DNA from: Zygnema circumcarinatum SAG 698-1b | Taxonomy: Eukaryota; Plantae; Zygnematophyceae | Direction of reading: 5' to 3' | Assembly: GCA_037447605.1 (NCBI GenBank) | Contig: CM074804.1 | Coordinates: 1,860,001 to 1,924,000 of the forward strand | Length of the DNA: 64,000 nt | In this document: positions 47,270 through 60,600 of the stretch, one piece after another | How positions within the stretch are numbered: position 1 is the first letter of the stretch | Layout of the letters: every line of letters begins with the position of its first letter | The notes under the pieces: generated by a model | Seen by the model: only the letters and a program-made list of their open reading frames with translations | Told to the model about the DNA's origin: nothing | Databases searched by the model: none | Translations under genes and position numbers: made by a program

Positions 47270-50200
47270 CTAAAATTCTTGAGCTGAGGTAAACTTGCGG
47301 TAGTTGATGTGTGGCGGGAGAGAGAGCGTCATGAGGAGGGCGACTATGTGCAGGCCTCCGAGGAATAGCCACGCAAAGTGGTAGTCCAGAGGGAAGTACC
47401 CGCGCCTGCTGGTGGTCCACGCGAACAGGCTCCCCACTACAGTGGGCGCGAGGGTTCGGAAAAGGGCCTGGGAAGTCGCCAGCATCCCGTTCACGGCGCC
47501 CATGTACTTGGGATGCCGGACGCTGTTCCCTGTCAGGATGAACATGGCCGCCATGGCGGTTTCGTTGAAGCTGTACAGAGAGCAGCACAGAGAGGTGACA
47601 TTCTATTTAGCCGGCTCGTGATGAACACATGCAAAGAGCATGCATGCATATGGGGAGGGGAGTAGGGGGGAAAGAAGGGAGGGGCAGATGAGATAGTGGC
47701 TGAGATGGGGAAGTTGACGAGCGGATGGGGGAGGGAGAGAAGGGAGAGGAGAGGATGTGGGAGAGGGAGAGGAGAGAGAGTGGGGTGAAAAAGGGAGGAG
47801 ATATGCGGAGCCGAGAGAGGAAGAGGCAGAGGAGGTAGAGTGAGAAGAGGCGGTATAAGGGTCGATCAGGGAAACGACAGGGATGGGCATGAAGGGAGGC
47901 GAGTACATGGCAATGAACGAACAAGCATGAACTCTAAGGTCTTTTCTACAGACACTAGTTGATATACAATCAGGAAACGCTAACCCTCATGCTTTCGAGG
48001 ACATAGAGATGCTGACTGGAATCATGGGTGATAGAGTAAGGAGAGGCCCGCACTGACAACACAAGAGAGTTGGCATGGACCACCAGCTGGCTTACCTGCG
48101 AATTGCAAAAATAATCATGCATGCAACCTGCAGCACAAGGGGATTTGGACCCAGATTGCGAATCAGAGGAATAAGCGCCTGCAGAATGCCTGTTCCCAGT
48201 GACATCTGAAGTGCTCCGACCGCACCAATCTTGTTCACAAGCCATGGGTACAGAATCAGAGTGATCGGAATCTGGCCGCAGAAAAACAAACAAACAAACC
48301 AAGTATGAGATTCAAAGGTAAGACTTTCCGCAACACTTCCAACAGTTTTGACACTTATAAACGAGCATGGTGTACAAACTGCAGTGCTAGCTCGCCATAC
48401 ACTCTCCCTCAACGGCAATCATGCTGGAATCACACCTAATCGTAACAACTTTCATGAAAGAGCCAACGCATGCATAACCGCTGAAAACTAATCTGGGAGC
48501 AGATGGGAGCCGGGCAAAGTTACGATTTCAATGTTCCCCTCCAGCAGCACAATCTCCTTCACATCTGCCTACTAAACAAAAGATCGCTCGCACTGTCGGC
48601 TATTCTCCAACAGGATTTGCAATCACCCGTTTTTACCATCATAGAAACGGGAAAATGGAAAGAAAAGGTCGGAGAACATGGGAACCCACCAATGCAACTC
48701 CGGCGGCCCCTTGTGCCAAACCCACATTCCTGGTGGTGAAGCTAAGTCCTCCAAGTTCCCAATAAGTGAGGGACCACAATGGAAACAGCTGTTACGCCCA
48801 CACCCAAAAGGCAGACAAACGTTCATTATGCTAAGTTTCTCCCATTACAAATTGACATAAAATGGGTGGCACTTAGGAAGTGTCTAAAAAGCGGTTTTCC
48901 CGCCTAACCATGTAAGCATCCTCCATAGCCATATGACAGCTTCACAGACAAAAATTGGTTCCCTGCTTTAAAAACAAAAGCCTCTGAATGCCAAACACGA
49001 AAACATCGATCTCTTATACTACTGTTACTGCAAGTGGGAAGGTTCGAAGAAATGCTAAGTGAGTGAACATACCTCATCAAAGCCCACAAACATGAAACCG
49101 CAGAGACAGAATATGGCGCCAGTCAACACTGCACAAACAGCAAACCAAGGATGAAAAGGCCGAGCCGTTAGTATCCACATTAGGAACAAGGAATACTTTA
49201 CTTGAACGAAGTTAACCACAATTGATCGTACGGCCTTCGGCAAGAAAAATGCAAGAACACTTTCAACGGGAAAAACAAAAAGATATTCGCAAAGGTTTTC
49301 AACAACTGAGCCTGTATCCTTGTAAAAAAACCATTCCACTGAGTCTGGAGCGGTCAGCAAATTGGACCAGACGAAAATAGAGCACTGATTTTTTTTAGTG
49401 CAAGCAGAACATACTAAGTGAGGGTCAGACTGCAACTCCCAGACCAAACTTGTTCAAGCACTCTTTTCCTTCAAGTTCAAGGTAAAATCTACCTATGTTC
49501 TGAAGGGGTCCCATCAAACACAAAGGAAACAATAACAACACTTCTGAAAGTTATGCAAGCGACGACAACCTCGGTAGACCAGCAACTGGAGAAACGCTAT
49601 TGATGCGAGGACGAGATAAAGAGTCAAAGGTGCTTAGGACGAGCTCTTACAAGTGTCTGGCTCGCAAAAGACCACTTTAACCATCCCCGGGTCCTCCTCC
49701 TCGGGCGGTTTTCCATCTTCATTTGCTTCAGTGCTTTCCGAATAACTTAACAAGCTTTCTTGCAGAACATCTTCCTGTTCAGCTGTAGAGCTCTTGTCCA
49801 CTAAATTTTCTCGGCTTGCCGGTGAAGTGAACAGTTTTGACTTCCCACGGGTCTCCGGCAGGTATACCACACAGAGAGCAAGTCCCACACATGTGAATAC
49901 GCTGAGAAGAAGGTTCGGAAGAAGGAAGGGGAAACGCCCAAAAAGTCCGTCTTCTGCAAACACTTCAGGATACTGTTTTGCTGGCTCCGCAAGAATACCT
50001 CCAAGGACAGGCCCTGCATTGACACGCCAATTACCAAAGAAAAAAATCGGTTCAACAAATTTGAGCGCACATAAAACAAAAGTCAGCCATACAAAATGTC
50101 AATTGCACCAAGTTTCCTTCCCTTGAACTTACCAATAATGAGTCCCAGACCCCAGCACAGACCGAAAGAAGCGAACCTGTAAAGAAAACAAAGAAACACA

Positions 50201-51706
50201 AAATAACATCAGAATTAGCGATCAAGCAACAACGATTAGCTAGCACTCTCCAACATGTGCTGAGTATAGCAGCTAAATGTCAGTCCTTATGCGCCATTCC
50301 TGATCTCCTTAGTAACCATATTCTGAAATGAAAAAAATTGCAACAACTTTCCTTTCTGCCTAGCAGCATGCCCACGCTTCAGTTTCGTGGTTCCCGACTT
50401 CCCTGCTGTTCCACCTTCCCCGCCTACCTGGCCCTGCGAATCTATGCTCTCCTTCTCTATCGATCCCTCCTGCTGTCCACTTCTCTCTCCACACCTTTCT
50501 CATTCCCCTTCCCTTCCACACCCTGCTCAAATATCCCTAGATTCTTCTCTACTGTCCTTCTCTAGCAATTCCTCTCTCTGACCAACCCTATAACCATAGA
50601 TAGGCCGGCTGAATATTGGATGAGATGGGCTCAAGACGCAACAAGAAGCGGAATTGATGAACTAAATGGGTACGCACCCTTGAGCTTGGTTTGTATCGTC
50701 ACACAATTCTGTCATAGCTCTGCAGCCCAATAAACCCCACGTGAGCGTCAAACAATCTGTGAGAAGCGAATGTTCAATCAACGCGGCACTTTCTCCGACC
50801 TTGTTGCCAGAATTTCAGAACCAGGACGTTCTTCTCACGTTTTTGCCGCGATAAATACTGTTGAAAGCAGGCCAAGAACGAAACGTGAAGCCATCGCCAT
50901 AGGGAAGTTGACGCTAAATCCAAAAATGGTTCCAAATATGGCATTGCTGCAAAGGCCGATTAGAAGTACCGGCTTCCTCCCTAGAACATCGGCTAAGAAC
51001 CTGCAACCCATCTCCAAATATCATACAGAAGAAAGATTAAAGTGAAGCTCTTCTTTCAAGAGGTTTCGCATTATCTGGCTGGGTTTAGGGTGTACCTCTG
51101 CGAAAAATGAACAAGGCAAAAAATAAAATTAGTTTCCAGAAAGCAAAAATAATAGGCGACGTGAACTTACCCCCATATTGGTCCTGCTATTAAACTGCCA
51201 CAAAAGAAGGACGATGCAAGAAATCCTGCATAATACCTGCAAGCCATCGACCATAGAAAAATCAGCAAAGAATCGAAAACAAAAACCTAATGATAACAAA
51301 AATGAGACTAAATTATTGGACAGTAAAATTCCACAAAAAAAGCACAATGTTCTAGCACTCCTTGCCACCACCTCATGCATATGACCACTCATGAAGTGCA
51401 GCTTTAGGACAATGCACAAGGGACAAGCACTCGTTGATAGGAACAGGAGGTTTGAACATGCACTTCTAAATAGGTATGATAGGTCTGAATATGCCTACAT
51501 TTGAGAAAGAAACGTCCAACTCACCCTAACTTTGAGTCATCATCTGTGACACCGAAGCTCGCAACCATGACCGGCGCGAATGGAAAGAGCACGGTCACTA
51601 CAAGTGAGTTTGTGAAGAGGCCAATTGAGAGAGCTCCCAGTGCAGCGATGGGAAGGGGAGTGGGAGGCCTCCCAATCGCCTTGTACAGCGACTCTTCCGA
51701 ACCCAT
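47270..51706 (-). CDS. Major facilitator superfamily transporter, ZINC INDUCED FACILITATOR-like
   Basis: Spliced peptides LGYYAGFLASSF, WGFLADVLGRKPVLLIG, ELCDDTNQAQG, WGLGLIIGPVLGGILAEPAKQYP...FGRFPFLLP...LPET, LFPLWS and GAVNG match the ZIF/ZIFL family. In-frame stop upstream of ATG 51706; 5' UTR intron about 52656-51764. Confidence 0.9.
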
Positions 51707-53071
51707 CACAACTACGTGAGCGTTAACGCTCTTGAGTGGGCGAGATCAGCGAAGCCTTTATTTCTACAATAAGAATAGGAAACAGAGTCAGATAAAGAAG
51801 CTCTTGTCTCTGTCATTGATAAATGTGGAGGGAGGAAAGGGAGAGATGTGTTGTTTCTGCAGTTTTGTACGTGCCTCTCTCCTCATGCAGTTATTCCTAT
51901 TCGTTAAGTCTGTCCTCCGATTCTCTCTCACTCAACATGGTTCTCCAACAACTCGTGCTACTTATTTCGATCACTCTCCCTCCATCTCTTCCGGCAGATC
52001 TCACGCCTTCCCTCTGTCTCTGATGTTATTCCAGACTCTCGAGCCCTTCATTTTTTTCCTCTTCATTCCGACCTGTTCTTTCTCCTCCTTCCATATTTCC
52101 GCTCCCTTCCCCTCTCTATGGCTCTCCCTCTAACCCCCTTCCTCTCCCTCTCTCCATCTCCCACTCCGATCTGAGTCCAGCTAATAATCAAATCCCAGCC
52201 ACCATAAGATCTTGAATTCAAAATATAAAACTCTGAAATCCTAGTTCTGAACTACGTTGCAAGATCTTCATCTACGCGCTAGAAACTGCAGCCCGATCCT
52301 CACAGAACTTCAGGGAAGCATTTGTGCATTTTGCAGAAATTTTAGAGACACTGGATCAGTGAGTTATGATTTTCAACTAGGCATGTTCACATCAAGTGAT
52401 CGGAGATGTGACAAAGAAAACGTTCAAAATTGTAACATTTTCAATTTTTTCAAAAACAGTTTGCACACACGCATCTCTGAACTCCTCGGTCATACATCTG
52501 TCAAACATGTTGTGCAGGAAAACAAAGAAAAGATAACTGCATAAAACATTCAAATGCACGACAGAAGCAGGGAGTTGACCATGATCGAGATTAAAAAAAT
52601 CCGCATAGTAAAGACTCGCTAAGAATGCGTGCCGCGCCTCTGAAGGCTTATATTACCTGCACCAGTTCTTTTGTAAGCAACCTCGTCCTCCAATTTCTTG
52701 GCTTCCTCTGCAGGGCTGTTACAGGGCTTCTCCAAGCTATCAACCAAAATGCTCCCAAACCAAAGGCCCAAGGCACTTGAGGCTTCTCCAAAAGATTTTC
52801 CTCCCTCCCTCCCTCCCTCCTCCCTCCTCCCTCCTCCCTCCTCCCTCCTCCCTCCTCCCTCTCTCCCCCCCGCTCTCACTTACCCCGCTTCCTCCCCCTC
52901 TCCCACCCCCCCCTACTCCCGCCCGCCGTACATTCGCGCGGGAGACGGGGGGAGTCCCTGTACGGCTCCGCCCCGGGCGAGGCCCTTCCCCTTCCGCCCC
53001 CCTCCGCGCTCGGCTGCCCGTCCGTCCGTACGCATTGGTTCGTGCGGAGGTCAGATCGAGCCGAGGCAAGG

Positions 53072-53306
53072 CATCGTCAAATACGGGATTTTTTTGAAAA
53101 TTTCCCGTAAATACTGAAAATAAAACTCAAAAAGTCCCTAAAATAAGCCGCCCTTCAATATGAAGAAAAAAAAGCCCTTCACGAGGCTTGCCAGCTGTCA
53201 AAAAGTACAAAACAAAAAAGTCACAAAATCCCGAAAATGAAACTCCAAATTGGTCCCGAAAATAGTAAAATACGGGGATTTTCCGTACATCCCGTATTTG
53301 ACGATG
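53072..53306. mobile_element. ~235-250 bp MITE-like element in the MFS/ARP7 divergent promoter
   Basis: Perfect 17-bp inverted repeat CATCGTCAAATACGGGA (53072-53088 / 53290-53306) extending imperfectly to ~27 bp (right end reads CAGGG); A-rich interior with repeated TACGGG; no clear TSD. Confidence 0.55.
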
Positions 53307-53897
53307 GCTGGCCCTGACGGGCCATCCTACTGTCCTACGAATCCAACCGTCGTCGGAAGCGGACGACTCGTACGGCGGCAGTTTGGGAAACCGAGAGGCC
53401 GTACGATGCGCGACCGCCGCACGATTTTGCGATCGACGAATGGCAGCCGTCGGATCGGGTGAGCTCCAGGGCGCGTGCCGGCCGCACGGGCCCGCCCGTA
53501 AGCGCCAAAAGCGGCGGCCTCGTTTCGCGGCTGAGAGCGCGCTACGTGGCGCACTTTACGGGCCGCTTTTTGGACCAGATGTCGGTGCGCGCACGCCATT
53601 GGCGGAGAGGGCCCTCGAGGGACCCCCTCTGCCACGTGGACTCAACGGACGGGCGAGGCCGCTCCAAATTTGTCGTTTTATAGAGATGATCTATGCGAAA
53701 TCTCGAGAATTTGTTATTCGTACACAATACGCTGGACTGCGGTTTTATGCTTGGGTTCCCGTAGAGCAGAACCTTTCCATGCTGTGAAGTTTAGCGGTGT
53801 TAGCGCTGTTCCGTTGACAGTCGCGAACGGACTGTCATGTAACCTTGAAGCAGGAGGGAAGGGAGGAAGGGACGGGAAGGAAGGGCGAGGAGGCGCC

Positions 53898-56593
53898 ATG
53901 GATGCATGCGTCCTGGACCATGGCAGCGCCTGCGTGCGAGCAGGAATCGCTAACCCTGATGCGGACCCGCCTCTGGTGAGTACTAAAAAAAAAAAGGCTC
54001 ATCGGATTTTGCTGACAACACTACAATTTTCTGCCCCCTTGTTTTTTTGTTATTGAACATCTAGAGTATATTGTCAGCAGGAAAAGGTTCTTTAAGGCTG
54101 CAGAGGAGGCGGGGAAAGCATCATAGAGTATGCAACGGTTGTTGCTTGTAATTTGTCTACGGATTTGATCAATGCAGATATCAATGTGTACAGTATGTAT
54201 TGAAGAGCCGCCCAAACAGTTCGTCTGAAAGACGTGGTCTTAGTTGCAGGATTAAACAACGTTTAGCGCGTGTGAAAAGTAAAGGTTCACATTTATTCAG
54301 TGCTGGTCGTGTTCTTTGGCGCGCATTTCATGAATAGTGCGGGGGAGCTTGGGCGTTTGAAATGAAGGCACTGTCGGACAATGAAATTCTTTACTAAATT
54401 ACCATTCAAGTGCTCAAACGTGATTGAAATGGTTAAGGCTAACCTTTCCTTTCGACCTGTCTTGACCAGCCACTCCCGAATTATGACTTCTTATATCTTA
54501 TTGTTGTTTATGCTTCATTTGCCTCTTCATTTGTTTCTCAAAAAACGAATGGAGAGGTTCAGATCATTTCCTCCGAACTTTGCAGAGTCAATGGGGAGAC
54601 CCCTGTTAAGATAAACGGAGCCAACCATAGCAAGAGTGTGGAGGACATGGACGTGGTTTGTCCGATCAAGAGAGGTCAGATTGTGGATTGGGACGCCATG
54701 GAAGACCTTTGGCGGTACATTTTTTACAGCAAGCTTGGATGGGAACTGGGAAGTGAAGGCCCGGTTCTTGTAGCGGAGCCCCTGCAGACACCCAAGGTGA
54801 AGACTCAATACCCTAAAATCGTCTGCATTCTAGTTCTGACAGTAAACATTGAATCCTTTCCCGCCCCCCGGTTTCCTGACCCTTTTCTTTAATGTTCCTC
54901 TCTTTTGGTTCAAATTGGAAAGGTGTTTTTTGGAGTCTGGAAATACTTTGAGGCTGACTGAAGCTTACTGCGGCAGGGGTCGGAGGGCGTCCCAGATGAT
55001 GCGCGAGAGAGTGGTGCAAGTGATGTTTGAGACGTTCAATTGCAACGGTTTTTACTCCATTGAACAAGCTCTGCTCTCGCTATATGCAGTGGGCCGCCTC
55101 ACCGGATGTACCTTAGATATCGGCCATGGAAAAACTGGTGAGTTCATAAGTTCATAGTATGAACCCAGCTCTTCTTGAGTTTGTAGGCTGCATTATTCAG
55201 ACTGCAGTGTTTGCATGGATATCGTGACATTTGGCATGACCACATTCAGAGTATGCTGGTCGTGGCTCCTTACAAACTTTTTGATACTATCTGTAAACTG
55301 AAGCTCGTCCCTCTGTATGCTGTTGTTGTTGCCGGTATTCCCTTCATATGGACCTTACAGAGATTACGCCAATTGTGGAAGGAGCCATTCAGCAGGCTGG
55401 ACTTCGACAAATGGATTTGGGCGGTCAGGATCTTGACGAGCTGCTTGGACGCCAGCTGGCACAATCTCAGCCGCATATTCAGCTGGATAGTTACTCACTT
55501 CGTAATATAAAGGAAAGCTGCTGTGCTGTTCCGTCTGACTCGGATGCATATGCCATGTCGGGAGCAAGTGATGCAGTAGAGGAGCACAAACTGCCTGATG
55601 GACAGGTGGAGAACACTTCCTTCAACAGTGTGGATCTTTAGGTTCCATTCGTTTCTGCCGGTGTTCAAAAGTAGACGTTCAAACATTGAGATCCCTTATC
55701 CTCGCGTTTTGAGATGTGGTGAACACTTAGTAAGTAGAGCTAATGGATTGAACTCATACATTGTATCTGAAGCAATCGCATCTTTCTGCAGTTTTCAAGG
55801 TATTCGATCCATCCTAATAGAATAGATTAGGGTTCAGGTGATTTCAGTGGGCAAGGAGCGATACTTGGTGGGGGAAGCACTTTTTCGACCCGAAATTTTG
55901 GAATTGGAGGAGTATGGGCTGCCCGAACAGTTGTTACGATGCGTCACCCTCTCCACCACCCCAGAATCCCATAAACAGATGCTCGACAATGTGGTATTGG
56001 TGGGAGGAGGTTCTCTAATGAGAGGTTCTCCTTCTGTCTCTCCCTCTCCCACTCTCTCTCTCTTCTTTGTGTGTATGGAAATAATGATCATTTTGAGAAG
56101 TTCAAGGCATGGATTATTAGGTGGAAAGTGAGCACGCCGTTTCTGGTTTGTTGTAATCGCAGGATTTGAAGAAAGGTTCCTCCGAGAAGCTGCATTAGCA
56201 GCTCCACCCTCCTTGCGACCAGCACTGGTGAAGGTAAGTTCTCCAGTCAAAAGAGATTTCAGGTTCCCAGGCTGCTTATTGTCTCCCTTCCCGTGTGTGA
56301 AATGATGCATCGAAAGTTCCCATGTGATCTAATGCACATTACAGCATTACTACTAATGATGTTGTAATTGCTTCATTGGGAAGTCTGGTTCGACGCTGAT
56401 GGAGTGTACAATACAACTGCGTTGGGTTGAGGGAAGGCAGGCTCCCGAGTATATGCCGGAAAATACAGCCAGGAATGCTGCATGGTTGGGAGGGGCAATT
56501 CTCGCAAAGGTCGTTTTCCCACAAAATCAGCACATCACCAAGGCGGAGTATGATGAGGTTGGCCCCTCCATAGTTCACAGAAAGTGCTTCTAA
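53898..56593 (+). CDS. ARP7: Actin-related protein 7 (nuclear ARP)
   Basis: Exons starting at 53898, 54563, 54996, ~55360, ~55837, 56162 and 56441. [54 protein letters not shown] and PEYMPEN...[34 protein letters not shown] match plant ARP7. Confidence 0.95.
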
Positions 56594-57004
56594 ACCTCCT
56601 TTCTTTCTGCATTTTGGTCTAGATTTCAAACTAATTGCCTACTTTCTCCGACCATACGTCGACATTCCTTCAAAGAAACCATGGACTGTCATGCATTAAG
56701 GTCACATAATGGATTTTCGTAGGTTTCTTTTGGAGATGTTTTAGACAAAAAGAAATTTTCATGGAGTCCTTTAAGGATTTAGAGTTTGATGGTCTCATAT
56801 GTCAATGTAGCAATTCTTTTAGGTGGGGTTCCTCTGACAAGTCTAGGTCCTGGTTTGGTAAACTCGCTGCATCATGTTGCATTCTGGTAGCGTTATAGTG
56901 CATCTTGAAGGCCCTTCAATGTAGTTAACAAGCCTTCACAAAGGCAGCGTTCAAAGTTTTCCCATTGCGTCGTAAAGTAGGTTATCGGTGAAAGTTAAGC
57001 ATAA

Positions 57005-57080
57005 CAATTCGTGTAACTTTACCAAGTACGTGTGACTTTTTCAAGTACATGTGTCTTTATCAAGTACTTGTGTCTTTATC
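57005..57080. repeat. 19-bp minisatellite (3 good copies plus 1 degenerate) between the convergent ARP7 and POLH 3' ends
   Basis: CAAGTACGTGTGACTTTTT / CAAGTACATGTGTCTTTAT / CAAGTACTTGTGTCTTTAT at 57023, 57042 and 57061. Confidence 0.9.
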
Positions 57081-57662
57081 GAGCCTTGGGGACTTATGTA
57101 TGCTGGGTTCCCGTTGGCGGCTTTCAATGTGCCGACTGTCGGCGGGTCAACGAGGGACGTAAACGATCGTTACTTTAGGAAGGGGGAATATGTGCCTGTT
57201 GTGTTTTTGTCAGGCGAATCATTGACGCTCTTGCGTTTACTTAAGGTTAAACTAAAACTTAAACTGACTTTCATTAATGAGAAACATGTCAGGCACTGGA
57301 AAGGTCCCTGTCAAGCCACAGACAGTATCAATAGTCTTTCGCGATTGCAACTTTGGGCCTTTCTCCATTGTAACTGTTGTCAAGCACATTCCAATGGCTA
57401 CTCTCCACTTGCACAGGATAGTCGAGCAGCTTCGAATGACGACTCCCCTCATGAACAAAAACTACTTGGCCACTTGGCCAGTCGCACTTGGCAGATGCTT
57501 AACTATGGTAAGCAAGGGAGAGCCGCCCTTACTGCATCTGAAACACTGAAATAACCCCAATTTTAAGTCAACTATTACATGTCCGTGAAAGGCCAATACA
57601 GAAGTGCTAACCCTAATGAGGTGCATTGAGACCAGTCTGCCATAAAAACTGGCTGGTCATAT

Positions 57663-60600
57663 TCAACACGGCTTGAAGAATGTCGATATTGATTTGTCTA
57701 CGCGTCCTCTTTTATGCTTTGGAGTGTGCCTCAAAGCGCCCCGTAGTTCTTGTTGTATTTCATGCGGCAGTTGGGACCACACGCTCCCGTCGATGTCCTC
57801 AACGTTGTACCCGCAATCACCTGCCCGTCCTTTTGACGATCCTTCCTGTTCATTCCTTCTCTGCAAATTCTGCTTTTCCCACAAGCGCTGTAGACTACCT
57901 CCACCTCCACCTCCGCCTGCAATCTTCCTGGCTGCAGTATGAGCAAGAGATTCCCCCTCACAAGGTCGATCACAGACCTCTGCTGTCGCCATGGATGCTC
58001 CATCAGGGAGAACAGCCGCAGTGCATGCCTCTCTCTCATCATGGGAAGCGGCAGCAACAACACTCGGATGATTCCCAGTTGGCTTCACATCATCATCTTC
58101 AAATGCTTCTTGAATGCGAGACGCCTCTTCACCTGCCACATTGCCTGGAAGGGTTACAGACTCCACTTTTGAATGAAGGGTTTCGTTCTCAGAGTTGCTG
58201 CCTAAGGCCGCCTCCGATCTGTATGTTTCAGAGTTTTGATTACTTTCAAAACTGACTGGGCAGAGGAACTGGCGGATTGATGCGTTGCCCTGCAGCAACC
58301 CACCGCCCCTTCAAAAGCTCGGATGATGGTACATGACATGGGTGAAAAAATCACCTAACTTTCAAGGTTTATAGTTTCTGAACGAAGCACAGGATGCCGT
58401 ATCTGTGTCAGACGACTACAACAGCATTTAAGCAGCTCTGAACTATCCGAGGAAAGATGACTCTCTGCTTTCAATCTGAGTTCTGAAAAGCTTCTGTTGC
58501 TTCCTGAAGGCAGGCAAAGGAACGCACCGCAGGTGGTGCCACAATATTCGAGGCTCCGAGAGTGAGCAAAGTTATACCCCACTGACTGATGCTGTCCGCT
58601 CCTCCCATCTCCTCAAGGAGGCGAGTGATGGCAGCCAAGGCATCATGCACAATATTCTGAACTCCCTCTCTTAGAGGAAGGGACCTGGAAGAAGCACGAC
58701 TTTGTTGTGCATTGCCTTGGCCCTGCTCTTCCCCCCCCCCCCCCCTCCATCAATTCCCTCTACAGAGTCAACCCTTCCACTCATAGCCAAACCGAAAAAA
58801 TCTAAAAAGCTGAATTCTCTGAAGGCCATTTAAACTCTCTCACCGCTCTGAAAGGTCCGGGGTGATCCACATCTCTGTCCAAGTCTGTGAGCTCACCAGC
58901 AGAAAACTTGCACCGGCAGTGAGGAGACGAGCACTCCGACCATGGTTAGAATAGTCTTCATCGAGTCGCTCCTGAAGCTCTTCCGCCAGCTCCCTCAACC
59001 AGTGCTCTACCTGTGTAGGAAAAAGATGCATGGAATTAATGACAGAAAAATAGGCTTTCTGAACTCTCAATCTTTTGAAGGTGCCGCCACAAACAGCCCT
59101 CGGCAATGCACGAGCCCTACGTCTGAACCCTGGATGTCTAAAACTTCATCCTGTAGATTTCAGGGTTTGTTGAGATGTAAGGCCGTACAGAGGGAAGGGA
59201 GCGCAGCATGGTCGAGCCTGCAAAGGTCTTGGAGGAGCTGTGAGACTTGGGAAGAACACGGTCCTGCACAGAGGAGGAATCCTGCCCACGTACTGCCTTC
59301 CATAGCCATTCCCTGCATGCCAGGCCGAGCAAGGTGGACTTCACATCATGCAGAAAATCGCTTCGATGATCACTTCATGACTGCATACAGATAAGCTTCA
59401 TCTCTACACTTGGCAGTAGAGGCTGGTTTTATCCATGTACATTTGATGGACTTGCCATCGGGAGTTCAAACAACCATCCTCTTCTTTCTCTTGGCAGTAA
59501 ATCTCATCGTATTAGGGGAGAGAGGGACCTGCCTACCCCATGGATGGACCTAGGAGGTCTTGCAGGCGTGCCAGTGAATGTTCCAAAAGATCTCCCACAT
59601 GTATCACCCCCAACTCTGCCTTCACTCTCTTTCCGCGTTGTCCGCCCAAGCTCTTCCTGCCCACTTCAACTCAATCTCAGCAGGGTTGTTGTGCTGGACG
59701 TGCTGTGTTGTCTCATCTTGCACTCTCTCCAATTTCCACAATTGTGCACGCTAATGATAGGGCGATTTTGGGGGAAACATTACATTTTGTGAATTGGGAG
59801 AGCGGAGAGAAGGCCTGGCACAGCAGCCTCCAGCACTGCAGTCTGCTGCGACGGCTTGTGCAGGCCGCTGGCAAGTTTAGCAAGCATCTGCATTCCATGA
59901 AGGACAGCAAAAAAGAGGACCACGCAACTTATAAGGATATGCGTCTTCTAAAAAATGATTTTGTTGAGGAATACCCAAAACGACATTCACTTCCAACCTT
60001 GCTCTTTAAGTCCTAAATTAACACCTGAGCAGCTCATCATTGAAGATCATTTATATGCAACATAAAAGATGGTTGATAATCACCTTATTGTGTGCTATGC
60101 CTGCAGAGCATGTGAAGCCTGTCTCCGCTTGAATTGCCATTCTAAGCTCAGCTGCAATAATAGCCCCGCATGCAAGCAGCTGTTCTGAATCATCCGCACC
60201 CTGCACGAGCCACTCTCTCACAGCATCGTCCGAGTTTTCCGCACAATTCTGAAATGAAGGAAACACAAAATTGTCGTTAACTCCTGCCCACCTTTTCATT
60301 AATCGTGTACCTTCATCACCGTAAGCATTCACAAACCTGCACGTTGGTTTAAGAACCTTCCCACTATTCGTCTAAACTCAAGTGAGATGGAGTTCGAGCA
60401 ATAAGGGACTCAATTCTAGGCATTACGATGAATGAAAATGGGCCTTGTGACATGAATAAAGCACTGCTTTAAATGATTGAAAGTCAGAGAAGGAACGGAG
60501 AGTATTAAAGATTCCTCACCATGTTCAGTCCAAGCACGTGTGTCCGTAAGACCTCTGCCGGAAGGTTCTCCACAACAAGTCCCTCTTTAAGGCGAGCTGC

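Noticed and set aside
57051-57554. ORFs between ARP7 and POLH
   Set aside because: No motif or codon bias; they lie in the expected 3' UTR region.
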